Source: an uncultured Alphaproteobacteria bacterium (GTDB taxonomy: Bacteria; Pseudomonadota; Alphaproteobacteria; Rhizobiales; Xanthobacteraceae). Taken from it: DNA of 64,000 nt. This document shows, piece after piece, positions 26,427-35,371 of this stretch. The first letter of the stretch is position 1, and each line of letters starts with the position of its first letter. The translations under genes were made by a program, and so were the position numbers. Under the pieces are notes generated by a model. That model was not told where the DNA came from and did no database searches. It saw only the letters and a list, made by a program, of their open reading frames with translations. Where the stretch lies: assembly GCA_963763255.1 (NCBI GenBank), contig CAVXNW010000006.1:48670-112669 (forward strand), read 5' to 3'.

Positions 26427-27509
26427 ATGCCGTTCATGTCCGAAACCGCCACGAGCCAAACCGAAGCGCGCGTCCCGGCCGCGCGGCTTGCCGCCTTCAT
26501 CACACGCGCCTTCGTGGCGGCCGGCCTGCCGAAAGCAGACGCCGAGATCGTCGCCGGCCTGATGACGGAAGCCGATCTGCGCGGCAGCGACACCCACGGC
26601 GTGATCCGCCTGCCGATCTACCTGCGGCGCATCCGCTTGGGCGGCGTCAACGCCACGCCGAACATCCGCGTGGTCAGCGACCGGCCTTCGGCGGCGCTGA
26701 TCGACGGCGACAACGGCATGGGACATCTGGTGATGCGCCGCGCCACGCACATCGCCATCGACAAGGCAAGGGCGACCGGCATCGGCTGGGTCGGCGCCCG
26801 CATGAGCAATCACGCCGGCCCCGCCGCGCTCTACGCCACGCTGCCGCTGCATCACGACATGATCGGGCTGTATTTCGCTGTCGGCAGCAACAATCACCTG
26901 CCGCCATGGGGCGGCGCCGAGAACCTGCTCGGCACCAACCCGCTGTGCATTGCCGTGCCGGCCAAAGACGAACCGCCGGTCGTGCTCGACATGGCGCCGA
27001 CCGTCGCGGCGTTCGGCAAGGTCCGGCTCAAGGCGCAGCGTGGCGAAGCAATGCCGATCGGCTGGATGATCGACCGTGACGGCAAGCCGCTGACCGATCC
27101 GAAGCGCGCCGATGAGGGCTATCTGCTGCCGATCGGCGACTACAAGGGTTACGGGCTGAGCCTGATCATCGGCATCCTGGCCGGCGCACTCAACCGCGCC
27201 GCGCTCGGCCGCGACGTGGTCGATTTCGTCAAGGAGCCCGGCAAGGCCACCAACACCGGGCATGCCATCGCGGCGATCGAGATCGAGGCCTTCATGCCGG
27301 CGGCGGAATTCAAGCACGCCGTCGATGGCGTGATCCGCGACATTCGGAGTTCGAAACGCCTGCCGGGCGTCGAGCGCATCTACCTGCCCGGCGAGCAGAC
27401 CCACGCCAAGCTGCTCGATCGCCGCGCCCACGGCATTCCGATGCCGAAGTCGCTGCGCGACAGCCTCGACGCCGTCGCGCGGGAGTTTTCCGTCGCGCCG
27501 CTGGAATAA
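26427..27509 (+). CDS. Ldh_2-family (malate/L-lactate/ureidoglycolate dehydrogenase type 2) oxidoreductase
   Basis: 360 aa with blocks DLRGSDTHGVIRLPIY, NGMGH, ISNHAGPA-like (MSNHAGPA) and YKGYGLS. Confidence 0.85.
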   Translation: MPFMSETATSQTEARVPAARLAAFITRAFVAAGLPKADAEIVAGLMTEADLRGSDTHGVIRLPIYLRRIRLGGVNATPNIRVVSDRPSAALIDGDNGMGHLVMRRATHIAIDKARATGIGWVGARMSNHAGPAALYATLPLHHDMIGLYFAVGSNNHLPPWGGAENLLGTNPLCIAVPAKDEPPVVLDMAPTVAAFGKVRLKAQRGEAMPIGWMIDRDGKPLTDPKRADEGYLLPIGDYKGYGLSLIIGILAGALNRAALGRDVVDFVKEPGKATNTGHAIAAIEIEAFMPAAEFKHAVDGVIRDIRSSKRLPGVERIYLPGEQTHAKLLDRRAHGIPMPKSLRDSLDAVAREFSVAPLE

Positions 27510-27512
27510 GCC

Positions 27513-27549
27513 GTCATTCCGGAGCGACCAACGGCTTCGCCGGAATGAC
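27513..27549. repeat. short REP hairpin GTCATTCCGG-N17-CCGGAATGAC
   Basis: Perfect 10-bp arms immediately after the stop codon of the Ldh_2 gene. Confidence 0.7.
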
Positions 27550-27601
27550 GGCGGGTATCACCCAAATCGCGCCTGCGGTATTGGCTATCGTGGTCGCTGC
27601 A

Positions 27602-28204
27602 CTACGCCACGATGGCCGCAACAACGCCGACGACCTGCCCCACCAGCTTCAGGTCGTTCACGACGTTATTCACCAGCGCCGTGAGATCGAAATTCGCCGA
27701 CGCGCGCCACGACCAGTGGTAGCCCGAGGCCAATTCGTTCCAGTACGTCGTCAGATCGAACAACGGCGCGTTGCCCGCCCAATTATCGTCGCGCGACCCG
27801 GATTCGTCCGTGCCGTGCACTCGTCCATTGTGGGCGAATGTGTAGACCCGGCCGAGGCTGGTTCTTATTCCCCAGGCAAGCTCCACGTTGTAGCTGGGAA
27901 ATCCCAAGTCGTGGTAGTGGCCGGTGAACGTGTATGTTCCGTCCGAACGCAGTGTGAGATGGGAATTGCCACCCACCGGCACGCCGCCGCCGAAGGTGAT
28001 GCCGCCGGTGTCCAGATCGATGAGGCTGATGCTTTGAGCCACCGCTTGGGCGGCTTGCGGAATCGCAAACCTCCCCTTCCAACGCGCGAGCGCCTGGTCG
28101 GCTTCGACCGCGGCATTCATCACGCCGCCGCTCGATCCCTGAAAGGCCGTCGCGCTTTCCTGCCTGGCCAGTTCCTGCAAATGTGCTTCGATGTTGTACT
28201 GCAT
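27602..28204 (-). CDS. hypothetical protein with C-terminal hydrophobic tail
   Basis: Likely start is the ATG at 28204 (MQYNIEAHLQEL..) within the 237-aa ORF. The protein has a helical N-terminal part, a beta-rich Gly/Thr/aromatic core and ends ..LKLVGQVVGVVAAIVA. I recognise no family. Confidence 0.5.
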   Translation of the reverse strand: MQYNIEAHLQELARQESATAFQGSSGGVMNAAVEADQALARWKGRFAIPQAAQAVAQSISLIDLDTGGITFGGGVPVGGNSHLTLRSDGTYTFTGHYHDLGFPSYNVELAWGIRTSLGRVYTFAHNGRVHGTDESGSRDDNWAGNAPLFDLTTYWNELASGYHWSWRASANFDLTALVNNVVNDLKLVGQVVGVVAAIVA

Positions 28205-28492
28205 GCGTCGCTCCCTTACAGACGCCAATGGCGCCGTTGACTTCTGCGGCGGGTTGCCCGCCGATAGTTTGAGTAACACGGCGTTTCCGCAGTGCCTGTG
28301 TCGGACGTCACACAACTCCTTTACGCTCGCTCATCGCCGATTGAGGACCGAAATGGCTTTATCGGGAGGGTTTCATTCCAGCCGTTCGAGCGGCTGCCGC
28401 ATTGCGTTGCTGTCGGAGGCCCTCGCCGGCATCATGTCTGACTCGCAGGAGCGGGGGGTCTCGAAGCCGCCACCATTGATATTAGACTTGGC

Positions 28493-29917
28493 ATGAGCGT
28501 TGAGCCCGAGATCCGCACGGCCGACGGCTTGTTGAGTCCTCGCGTGGAGAGCCGGCCTATTCACCGCGGCTTGGTCTTCGCCGTCGTCGCCCTCGCGTTG
28601 CTGATGATGTCGATCAATTCGACTATCGTCTCGACGGCGTTGCATTCCTTGCGGGTTGGCCTGCACACGTCGATCGACTGGGCCGGGTGGACCATCACGG
28701 CGTACGCCCTCGGTTTTGTGGTCGTCCTGCCGATCAGCGGCAAACTCTGCCAACTGTACGGCTGCCGCAGGGTGTTCGTCGGATCCACTGTTGTCTTCAC
28801 CATCGCGTCGCTGTGTTGCGGGCTCGCCGACAACATCTATGTGCTTGTCGCGTTGCGCGGACTGCAGGCGGCAGGCGGCGCGGGCTTCACACCTTCGGCG
28901 ACCGAAATCATCGTGGACTATTTCGGCGATGCCCGTGATCGCGCGATCAGCCTGTTTGGCAGTATCTTCTCGATCGGTTCGATGATCGGACCCATCTTCG
29001 GCGGCCTATTCGTGACGTATTGGTCATGGCGGGGCATCTTTCTGGTCAACGTACCGATCGGCGTCGCGGTCACCGTGCTTGCGCTGTATTACGTGCCGCA
29101 GGATCGATCGCGCGAGGGACGCGCCCGCCCGAGGATGGATGTCATCGGCATGGCGCTGCTCGGGGGCGGTCTGCTCTCCGGCATGCTGGCCGTCAGTTAT
29201 TTGGCCGAAAGGACTGCGCACGCACTGTCGATGGAGTTCGCGATCCCGTCGGCCATCGCGATGGCCGCCCTATGGGCGTTCTTTCGTCACATCAACCGCT
29301 CGCCATATCCGTTCATCGCACCGCGCCTGATTACAGGGCTCGGCTTCGGAGCAGTCAACGTGGTCAACGCGCTCTACGGCGGCGTTACCTCCGGCCTGGT
29401 TGCGCTCATTCCGCTCTATGCCATGAACCGTTACGACATCAGCGCCCTCAACTCCGGTACGTTGCTGATCGCCCAGGGAGCCGCCGCGATCCTGATGTCG
29501 ATCGCCGCCGTATTCGCTTTGCGGCGCACGGGTTACCGGGGTCCGCTGTATCTCGGCGCGCTCGTTATCGTCGTCGGGATCGGGCTGCTTGCGCTTTATC
29601 CGGTCGCCGGCATCCCGCCGTATGGGTGGCTCGCCGGCTCCGCCTTCCTGGTCGGACTGGGCCGCGGCGTGAACAACCCGGCGAGCCGCAACGCCGGCCT
29701 GCAACTGGCGCCCGAACACGCCTCAACGCTTGCCGCACTCCGTACCATGTGCATGTCGATCGGCACCATCGTCACAATCTCGATAGACACCGCGATCCTT
29801 GCCAATTCCCATGACCCCGGCCGCATCCAGGCCTGGATCTTCGTTGCCATAGCTGTGCTGTACGTCGCAGCGCTGCCGCTGATTACCCGCGTGCCGGAAC
29901 ACCGCGGCTCGTGGTGA
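28493..29917 (+). CDS. MFS transporter, DHA2/EmrB-like 14-TMS type
   Basis: 474 aa, polytopic, with MFS signature GKLCQLYGCRRV and a CGLA..I..L...R.LQA.G.. block. Confidence 0.9.
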   Translation: MSVEPEIRTADGLLSPRVESRPIHRGLVFAVVALALLMMSINSTIVSTALHSLRVGLHTSIDWAGWTITAYALGFVVVLPISGKLCQLYGCRRVFVGSTVVFTIASLCCGLADNIYVLVALRGLQAAGGAGFTPSATEIIVDYFGDARDRAISLFGSIFSIGSMIGPIFGGLFVTYWSWRGIFLVNVPIGVAVTVLALYYVPQDRSREGRARPRMDVIGMALLGGGLLSGMLAVSYLAERTAHALSMEFAIPSAIAMAALWAFFRHINRSPYPFIAPRLITGLGFGAVNVVNALYGGVTSGLVALIPLYAMNRYDISALNSGTLLIAQGAAAILMSIAAVFALRRTGYRGPLYLGALVIVVGIGLLALYPVAGIPPYGWLAGSAFLVGLGRGVNNPASRNAGLQLAPEHASTLAALRTMCMSIGTIVTISIDTAILANSHDPGRIQAWIFVAIAVLYVAALPLITRVPEHRGSW

Positions 29918-30094
29918 GTGGCGCTATCCCCAAAGAAATGCGACCCAGAGCCCGCATCAGCGAGCCTGTAATTGATCGGGCATCGCTCTGACCCGGTGAA
30001 ACTCTTTGCGAAGCGAGGTTTGCCAGAGCCCGCCCATTGCCCGGGATTGCCAACGCTCGCGAGGCAAACCCTGATGATATTCCTCGCTTCGGTA

Positions 30095-30108
30095 TTGATG
30101 TGGATCAA
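30095..30108. promoter_or_regulatory. FixK/FNR-type box TTGATGTGGATCAA
   Basis: Perfect TTGAT-N4-ATCAA in the 500-bp gap upstream of the His-rich protein gene (about 316 bp from its ATG). Confidence 0.5.
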
Positions 30109-30417
30109 CTGCACAAGAAGGTAGCAGCGCTATTTTCAGCGATTGGGTCTTTTTGGCCTCCGTGTTCCGTGAAAATACCTGAGCGTGTTGCAAATTGAAC
30201 CTCGGACGCAAAGTGAAAACTCTACTTTCCGAGTACGGAGCCGGAGCGCTGTAGAGTCGTGAGTCCGGATGGTCGAAAAGGCTTCACAGATGCCCTGCGG
30301 CGCCGCTGGCGCAGCCGACTTTTAAGCTCCGGCTGCGTCGCGAGAGCGCACCTTGTGATTGCAACCATTTCGGCTTTCGGGCGCTTAACTTGCCGGGCCG
30401 AAAACCGGGAGTCGATC

Positions 30418-31077
30418 ATGCGCAAAACAGTATTGGCTATTGTTGCAGCGTTTGCCTTCGGCTGTACGCCGGTGGCGATTGCGGCGCCGCGTGGCGGCGG
30501 TCCTGGTGGAGGAGGGCATTTCAGCGGCGCTCCCGCTGGTGCAGCCCATATCGGCGGTAGCCCGGGCGGCGGTCCTCATTTCAGCCACGGGCCGGTTGGT
30601 GCAGGCCATTTCAACGCCGGTCCCGGCGGGGGTGCGCCGCACTTTTCCGCACCGCATATGGCGGCTCCGCACTTCACACCTCAATTCGCGCATGGGGCCC
30701 ATTTTGCGCACGGCCCCAATTTCGCGCACGGATCCCAGTTCACGCATGCGCCTCATGGGTTTCAGTTTGCGCATGGCCCTCATTTCGCTCATGCGCCTCA
30801 TTTCGCTCATGGGTCCCGCTTTGTGTACGGAGCTCACTTGGCGCATGGACCCCATTTCGCACGGGAATCTCATTTCAGGCACTTCGTCTTCCGCGGGAGC
30901 CATTTCCATCGCTATCGATTCCGGCATGGAAGGTTTCATTATTTTTATCACGGGTGGTGGTATGCGTATCCGTGGTGGAATGATTCCTACAGTTATTGGT
31001 CTGGCGTTTGCGCCTCGCGGTGGGGGTATCGCACTCGCCGCTACTACCGCTGCATGGCCTATCACGGCTTCTATTGA
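30418..31077 (+). CDS. secreted Gly/His/Phe-rich repeat protein (HF-x-HGP-type repeats) with aromatic/Arg-rich C-terminus
   Basis: ATG at 30418 gives signal peptide MRKTVLAIVAAFAFGCTPVAIAA. The mature part is GGGHFSGAPAGAAHIGG..PHFSHGP..AHFAHGPNFAHGSQFTHAPHGFQFAHGPHFAHAPHFAHG.. and the C-terminus is WWYAYPWWNDSYSYW..C..RRYYRC. Confidence 0.7.
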   Translation: MRKTVLAIVAAFAFGCTPVAIAAPRGGGPGGGGHFSGAPAGAAHIGGSPGGGPHFSHGPVGAGHFNAGPGGGAPHFSAPHMAAPHFTPQFAHGAHFAHGPNFAHGSQFTHAPHGFQFAHGPHFAHAPHFAHGSRFVYGAHLAHGPHFARESHFRHFVFRGSHFHRYRFRHGRFHYFYHGWWYAYPWWNDSYSYWSGVCASRWGYRTRRYYRCMAYHGFY

Positions 31078-31558
31078 GGCAGGCACACAAGTGGTGGCCC
31101 GTACTGATGCGACGAGGACAGAGGCGTCCCTGCCGTAATTCGAAAACATCCGCCTGTTCCGCGCCTTAGACGCGAATCATGCGATCAAGGCAACGTGCCA
31201 CAATTGGCGCGCCGCGAATCAAACAAACAACGAAAAAAGATTCTCGCCACATCAAAGAGATAGCTCGCGCCGCCGGAATTTCTTAAATCCACCCCGCCCG
31301 CCGAACTAAAAAACTCCCATCTCGCCTTTCGAAGGGACGTTCTTCGCGAGGACACTCCTTGGGACGGGGCGAGTGCGGTGCCTGCGGGCGGATTTGTAAC
31401 CCGCTCCCGGGCGGCATCGGGCATCATCCTGCCGGCACGGAGCCTGCCATCGGGCCGGCCACTTCGGGCCGGACCCGTTGGACCGGTGCGCGAGGTGCTC
31501 GCGGTACGGAGACAGGACTTCGTTCGTTTTTCCGGCGCGGGTAACGCCTGCGAGTGGT

Positions 31559-31603
31559 GCATGATCTTGCCGGAAAACCGGCATCCACTTTTCCGGATCA
31601 TGC
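31559..31603. repeat. REP hairpin GCATGATC..CCGGAAAACCGG..TTTTCCGGATCATGC (family 3)
   Basis: Imperfect 45-bp palindrome. It is a widespread alphaproteobacterial intergenic repeat whose spurious translation reads ..HDPEKW.PVF..DHA. Confidence 0.7.
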
Positions 31604-31951
31604 ACGGCGAAGCGCAAGGTCTCCGCCCCCCGGTTGGGGCGGCCGTACAGGACTGAACGCCCCGGACTGTCTCCCGAAGCATGGCCTGATGCAGAGCCTT
31701 GGGGACCAGCTGTCTCCCTGGCGAGAGCCGCGGTGGGACGCCGAGAGGCGAGCGCACCCCGCAAGGGTGCGCCCCGCGCTGCGCGGCGCGGGTACTGGTT
31801 ACGCGTCTCTCGGCGTTCCGCTTCCCCTTTTTGGTAGCCCGGATTGAACGCAGTGAAATCCGGGGCATGGCGCAGGGGAAGCCGTTAGCAACATGGTTGG
31901 CCGGTGACTCGGGACGCGAACAAAAATCGCGCCGCGGGAACGGGAGAACTC

Positions 31952-32036
31952 GTCATTGCGAGCGCAAGCGAAGCAATCCAGGCGGCTTGCGCCAGCGGTG
32001 AGGCCCGCTGGATTGCTTCGCTCCGCTCGCAATGAC
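31952..32036. repeat. REP-type palindromic element, family 1 (third copy)
   Basis: GTCATTGCGAGCGCAAGCGAAGCAATCCAGG ... CTGGATTGCTTCGCTCCGCTCGCAATGAC. The internal loop resembles the copy at 25356. Confidence 0.85.
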
Positions 32037-32088
32037 GAAGGGGTTGCGAGGATGGTAAGCTTTCACCCAAAGCAACAACGATGAAGGA

Positions 32089-32961
32089 ATGGAAATGCCG
32101 TCATCCACCCCCGTCGGCTTGATCGGCATCGGCCTCATGGGCGAAGTCTATGCGCGCCGGCTGATCGCCGCGGGATTTTCCGTGATCGGCTTCGACATCG
32201 ATCCCGCCAAGGGTGAACGTCTCGCGGCGATGGGCGGCCGCGCGGCCTCGATCGCCGAGATCGCGGAGAAATGCGAACCGATCGTACTTGCTGTTTTCAA
32301 CACCGATCAGGTCGAGGACGTGGTCGAGCATGCGCTCATCCCGGCGGCAGCCGGCAAGATCGTGCTCTGCACCTCGACCTGCGATCCGGATCGCATCGCC
32401 GCGCTCGCCGGTCGCGTCGGCAACCGCTTGCGCTTTCTCGAAACGCCGGTGTCGGGCACGAGCGAACAGGTCCGCGCCGGCGATGGCGTCGGCCTGATCG
32501 GCGGCGACGCGGCGGTCGCGCAATCTGCTGCTGCCGTGCTCGATGCCCTGTTCACCAAACGCTTTCATATCGGCAAGGCCGGGGACGGCGGCCGCGCCAA
32601 GCTCGCGGTCAACCACATCCTGGCGCTGAACCGGCTGGCGCTCGCCGAGGGGCTGGTGTTCGCCTCCCGCCTTGGCCTCGATCCGGCGGCTTTCCTCAAG
32701 GTGGCGCGCCATTCGGCCGCGGCCTCGCAGGTGATGGACACCAAAGGCCCGAAAATGATCGCCGGAGAATTCTCGCCGGAAGGCCGCGTGCGGCAATCGC
32801 TCAAGGACGCCCACCTCATGCTCGATCAGGCGCGCAAGGCCGGCCAAAAACTGCCGCTTCTGGAGATTCACGCGCAGGTGCTGGAAGCCTGCGTGGCTCA
32901 GGGGGAGGCTGAGCGCGATAACTCCATCGTCATCGAGGAAATCCGCCGTCGGAGGGCGTGA
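32089..32961 (+). CDS. NAD(P)-dependent oxidoreductase, 3-hydroxyisobutyrate / 6-phosphogluconate dehydrogenase-like family
   Basis: N-terminal Rossmann motif VGLIGIGLMGEVYARRL, the catalytic-region block GDGGRAKLAVNH and a ~290-aa size. Confidence 0.85.
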   Translation: MEMPSSTPVGLIGIGLMGEVYARRLIAAGFSVIGFDIDPAKGERLAAMGGRAASIAEIAEKCEPIVLAVFNTDQVEDVVEHALIPAAAGKIVLCTSTCDPDRIAALAGRVGNRLRFLETPVSGTSEQVRAGDGVGLIGGDAAVAQSAAAVLDALFTKRFHIGKAGDGGRAKLAVNHILALNRLALAEGLVFASRLGLDPAAFLKVARHSAAASQVMDTKGPKMIAGEFSPEGRVRQSLKDAHLMLDQARKAGQKLPLLEIHAQVLEACVAQGEAERDNSIVIEEIRRRRA

Positions 32962-33025
32962 CGCCGGACGGCTTGCGCGAGCAGGCCAAGATTGCTTCCC
33001 TGCCGTCCGCCGATGGGCACCCTTA

Positions 33026-35353
33026 TTGAACGCAACGGAGCGAGACTTGTCCGATCAGAAATTCACCGGCCGCCGCGAAGATGTTCGCCTCGTCACCGGC
33101 CGTGGCCGCTACACGGCCGACGTCGCCATGGACAAACAGGCAGCGGCTTTTTTCCTGCGCAGCGATCGCGCGCACGCCAGGATTCGTGGCATCGACACCG
33201 CGAAGGCGCGTAGCGCCCCCGGCGTGATCGACATCGTCACCGGCGCCGACATGGCGGCCGCCGGCTGGAAGGGCCTGCCCGCCATGGCGTTCTTCAAGGG
33301 CGTCGGCGGCTCGTCGCTCAATGTGCCGCCGCGCTTTGGCCTGGCGCACGAGCGCGTCCGTTTCGTCGGCGAGCCGGTCGCGGCGATCGTTGCCGAAAGC
33401 GAACACCAGGCGCAGGACGCCGCCGAACTGATTGCGGTCGACTACGAGGACCTGCCGGTGCTGGTCGAGGCCGCCGATGCCAACGCCGCAAGCGCGGTGC
33501 GCATTCACGACGGGGCGCCCGACAACCTGGCGTTCGAATACGAGTACGGCAATCGCGAAGCCGCCGACCAGGCGATGGGCGGGGCCGCGCACGTGGTGCG
33601 CGTGAAGGTGCGCGCGCAACGCATCGCCGGCAATCCGATGGAGCCGAAATCCGCCGTCGCGTCCTACGATGCGGCAAGCGACGCGTTCGAACTCGCGGCG
33701 CCGACGCAGGGCATCAGCGACATCAAAAACACGCTGGCGCAGATCACCGGGTTGCCGGTCGAAAAGTTCCGCGTGCGCTCCGCCGATGTCGGCGGCGGCT
33801 TCGGTATTCGAAACGAAGTTTATCCGGAATTCCTCGCGCTGCTGCTGGCGGCAAAACGGAGCGGCCGCGCGGTCAAATGGACCGGCACGCGCGGCGAAAC
33901 ACTGTCCGGCGATCATCACGCGCGCGCCGCCGACCTTTCCGGCGAACTCGGCCTCGACAAGGACGGCCGCTTTGTCGCGCTGCGGGTCGAGTGGCTGGTC
34001 AACCTCGGCGCGTTCTGCAGCAACGCCGGCCCGCTCATCAACACCGTCGCGGCGCCGACCAGTTCGGCGATCAGCCTTTATAATGTCGCCGCGGTGCACG
34101 GCCGGCATAAGCTGATTTTCACCAACACGACGCCGACCACCGCCTATCGGGGCGCCGGCCGGCCGAACGTCGCGTATCTGTGGGAGCGTCTGGTCGAAGA
34201 AGCCGCGATCACGACCGGCATCGACGCCATCGAGCTGCGCCGCCGCAACGTGCTGCGCAAAGACATGTTCCCGATGAAGACGCCGACCAATTCCAATTAC
34301 GACAGTGCCGATCCCGCGCGTCTGCTCAAGACTGCGCTGCAGGCGGCGGACTGGAAAGGTTTCGGCAAGCGGCAGCGCAAATCCAAGCGCCGGGGCAAGC
34401 TGCGCGGCATCGGGCTCGCGCTGTTTCTCGAACCGTCCGGCGGTATGGGCAAGGAGCAGGTCGAAATCCGGATCGAGTCCGGCGGAAAGCTGGCGATGTA
34501 TTCCAATGCCGGGCCTTCGGGCCAGGGCCACGAGACGGTGTTTCCGGCGATCGTCGCCGACGTGCTCGGCATTCCGGTCGAGCGGATCGAGCTGCGATAC
34601 AATGATGCCGCGGCCCCGAAGATGCTCGGCACCGGATCGTTCGGCTCGCGCTCGCTGATCAGCCACGGCGCCGCATTGCAGACAGCCGCCAAGGAGATTG
34701 TCGAGAAGGGCAAGAAGCTCGCGGCGAGCGAGCTGGAAGTCGCGCCGGGTGACGTCGTGTTCGAATCTGGCGCCTACAAGGTCGCCGGCACCGATCTTTC
34801 TGTCGGGCTACAGACGCTGCTCGAACGCAAGGGAAGCGATCTCGACACTAACACCACGATCGATCTCGCCAGCGCGTTTCCATCCGGCGCACATATCGCC
34901 GAAGTCGAAATCGATCCAGACACCGGCGAACTCGCCGTGGTCAACTACATCGCCGCCGACGATTGCGGCACGATCTATAATCACAAGCTGGTCGAGGGCC
35001 AGCTTCACGGCGGCCTGATGCAGGGCCTTGGCCAGGTCATCGGCGAACACATCGCCTACGATCACGATACCGGCCAGCTTCTATCCGGCAGCTTCATGGA
35101 TTATTTCATGCCGCGCGCCGATCACCTGCCGCCGATCACGCTGATCGACTGCGCGGTGCCCTCGCCCGCCAACGTGCTCGGCGCCAAGGGCGCAGGCGAA
35201 GCCGGCGCCACCGGCTCGGTACCGGCGCTCGCCAATGCGGTGATGGACGCGCTCAAAGCCATGGGTGTGCGGCAGCTGGAAATGCCGTATTCGCCCGACC
35301 GCGTCTGGGGCGCGATCCACGCGGCGGGGGCCGTGGCGAAAGCGGCGGAGTAA
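33026..35353 (+). CDS. xanthine dehydrogenase / aldehyde oxidase / CO-dehydrogenase family molybdopterin-binding large subunit (stand-alone)
   Basis: 775 aa with blocks GRGRYTADV, FVGEPVAAIVAES, GGGFG, AYRGAGRP and GAKGAGEAG. No adjacent Fe-S or FAD subunit gene. Confidence 0.9.
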   Translation: MNATERDLSDQKFTGRREDVRLVTGRGRYTADVAMDKQAAAFFLRSDRAHARIRGIDTAKARSAPGVIDIVTGADMAAAGWKGLPAMAFFKGVGGSSLNVPPRFGLAHERVRFVGEPVAAIVAESEHQAQDAAELIAVDYEDLPVLVEAADANAASAVRIHDGAPDNLAFEYEYGNREAADQAMGGAAHVVRVKVRAQRIAGNPMEPKSAVASYDAASDAFELAAPTQGISDIKNTLAQITGLPVEKFRVRSADVGGGFGIRNEVYPEFLALLLAAKRSGRAVKWTGTRGETLSGDHHARAADLSGELGLDKDGRFVALRVEWLVNLGAFCSNAGPLINTVAAPTSSAISLYNVAAVHGRHKLIFTNTTPTTAYRGAGRPNVAYLWERLVEEAAITTGIDAIELRRRNVLRKDMFPMKTPTNSNYDSADPARLLKTALQAADWKGFGKRQRKSKRRGKLRGIGLALFLEPSGGMGKEQVEIRIESGGKLAMYSNAGPSGQGHETVFPAIVADVLGIPVERIELRYNDAAAPKMLGTGSFGSRSLISHGAALQTAAKEIVEKGKKLAASELEVAPGDVVFESGAYKVAGTDLSVGLQTLLERKGSDLDTNTTIDLASAFPSGAHIAEVEIDPDTGELAVVNYIAADDCGTIYNHKLVEGQLHGGLMQGLGQVIGEHIAYDHDTGQLLSGSFMDYFMPRADHLPPITLIDCAVPSPANVLGAKGAGEAGATGSVPALANAVMDALKAMGVRQLEMPYSPDRVWGAIHAAGAVAKAAE

Positions 35354-35371
35354 CGCGCGATTTCGATCCGC

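Noticed and set aside
30259-30417. Upstream start (30259) for the His-rich protein, giving a 272-aa product
   Set aside because: The extension is Arg-rich, lacks an RBS and would bury the clear signal peptide that begins at ATG 30418.
31300-31920. Possible RNase P RNA, tmRNA piece, SRP RNA or cobalamin riboswitch in the structured non-coding gap
   Set aside because: I looked for GAGGAAAGTCCGG / ACAGAACCCGGCTTA (RNase P), a T-arm GGTTCGAATCC with CCA end (tmRNA/tRNA), and the B12 box with GGTGAAAATCC core. Only weak partial resemblances turned up (for example GGGTTACAAATCCGCCCGCAGGCACCGCACT on the minus strand). No suitable downstream gene is present.
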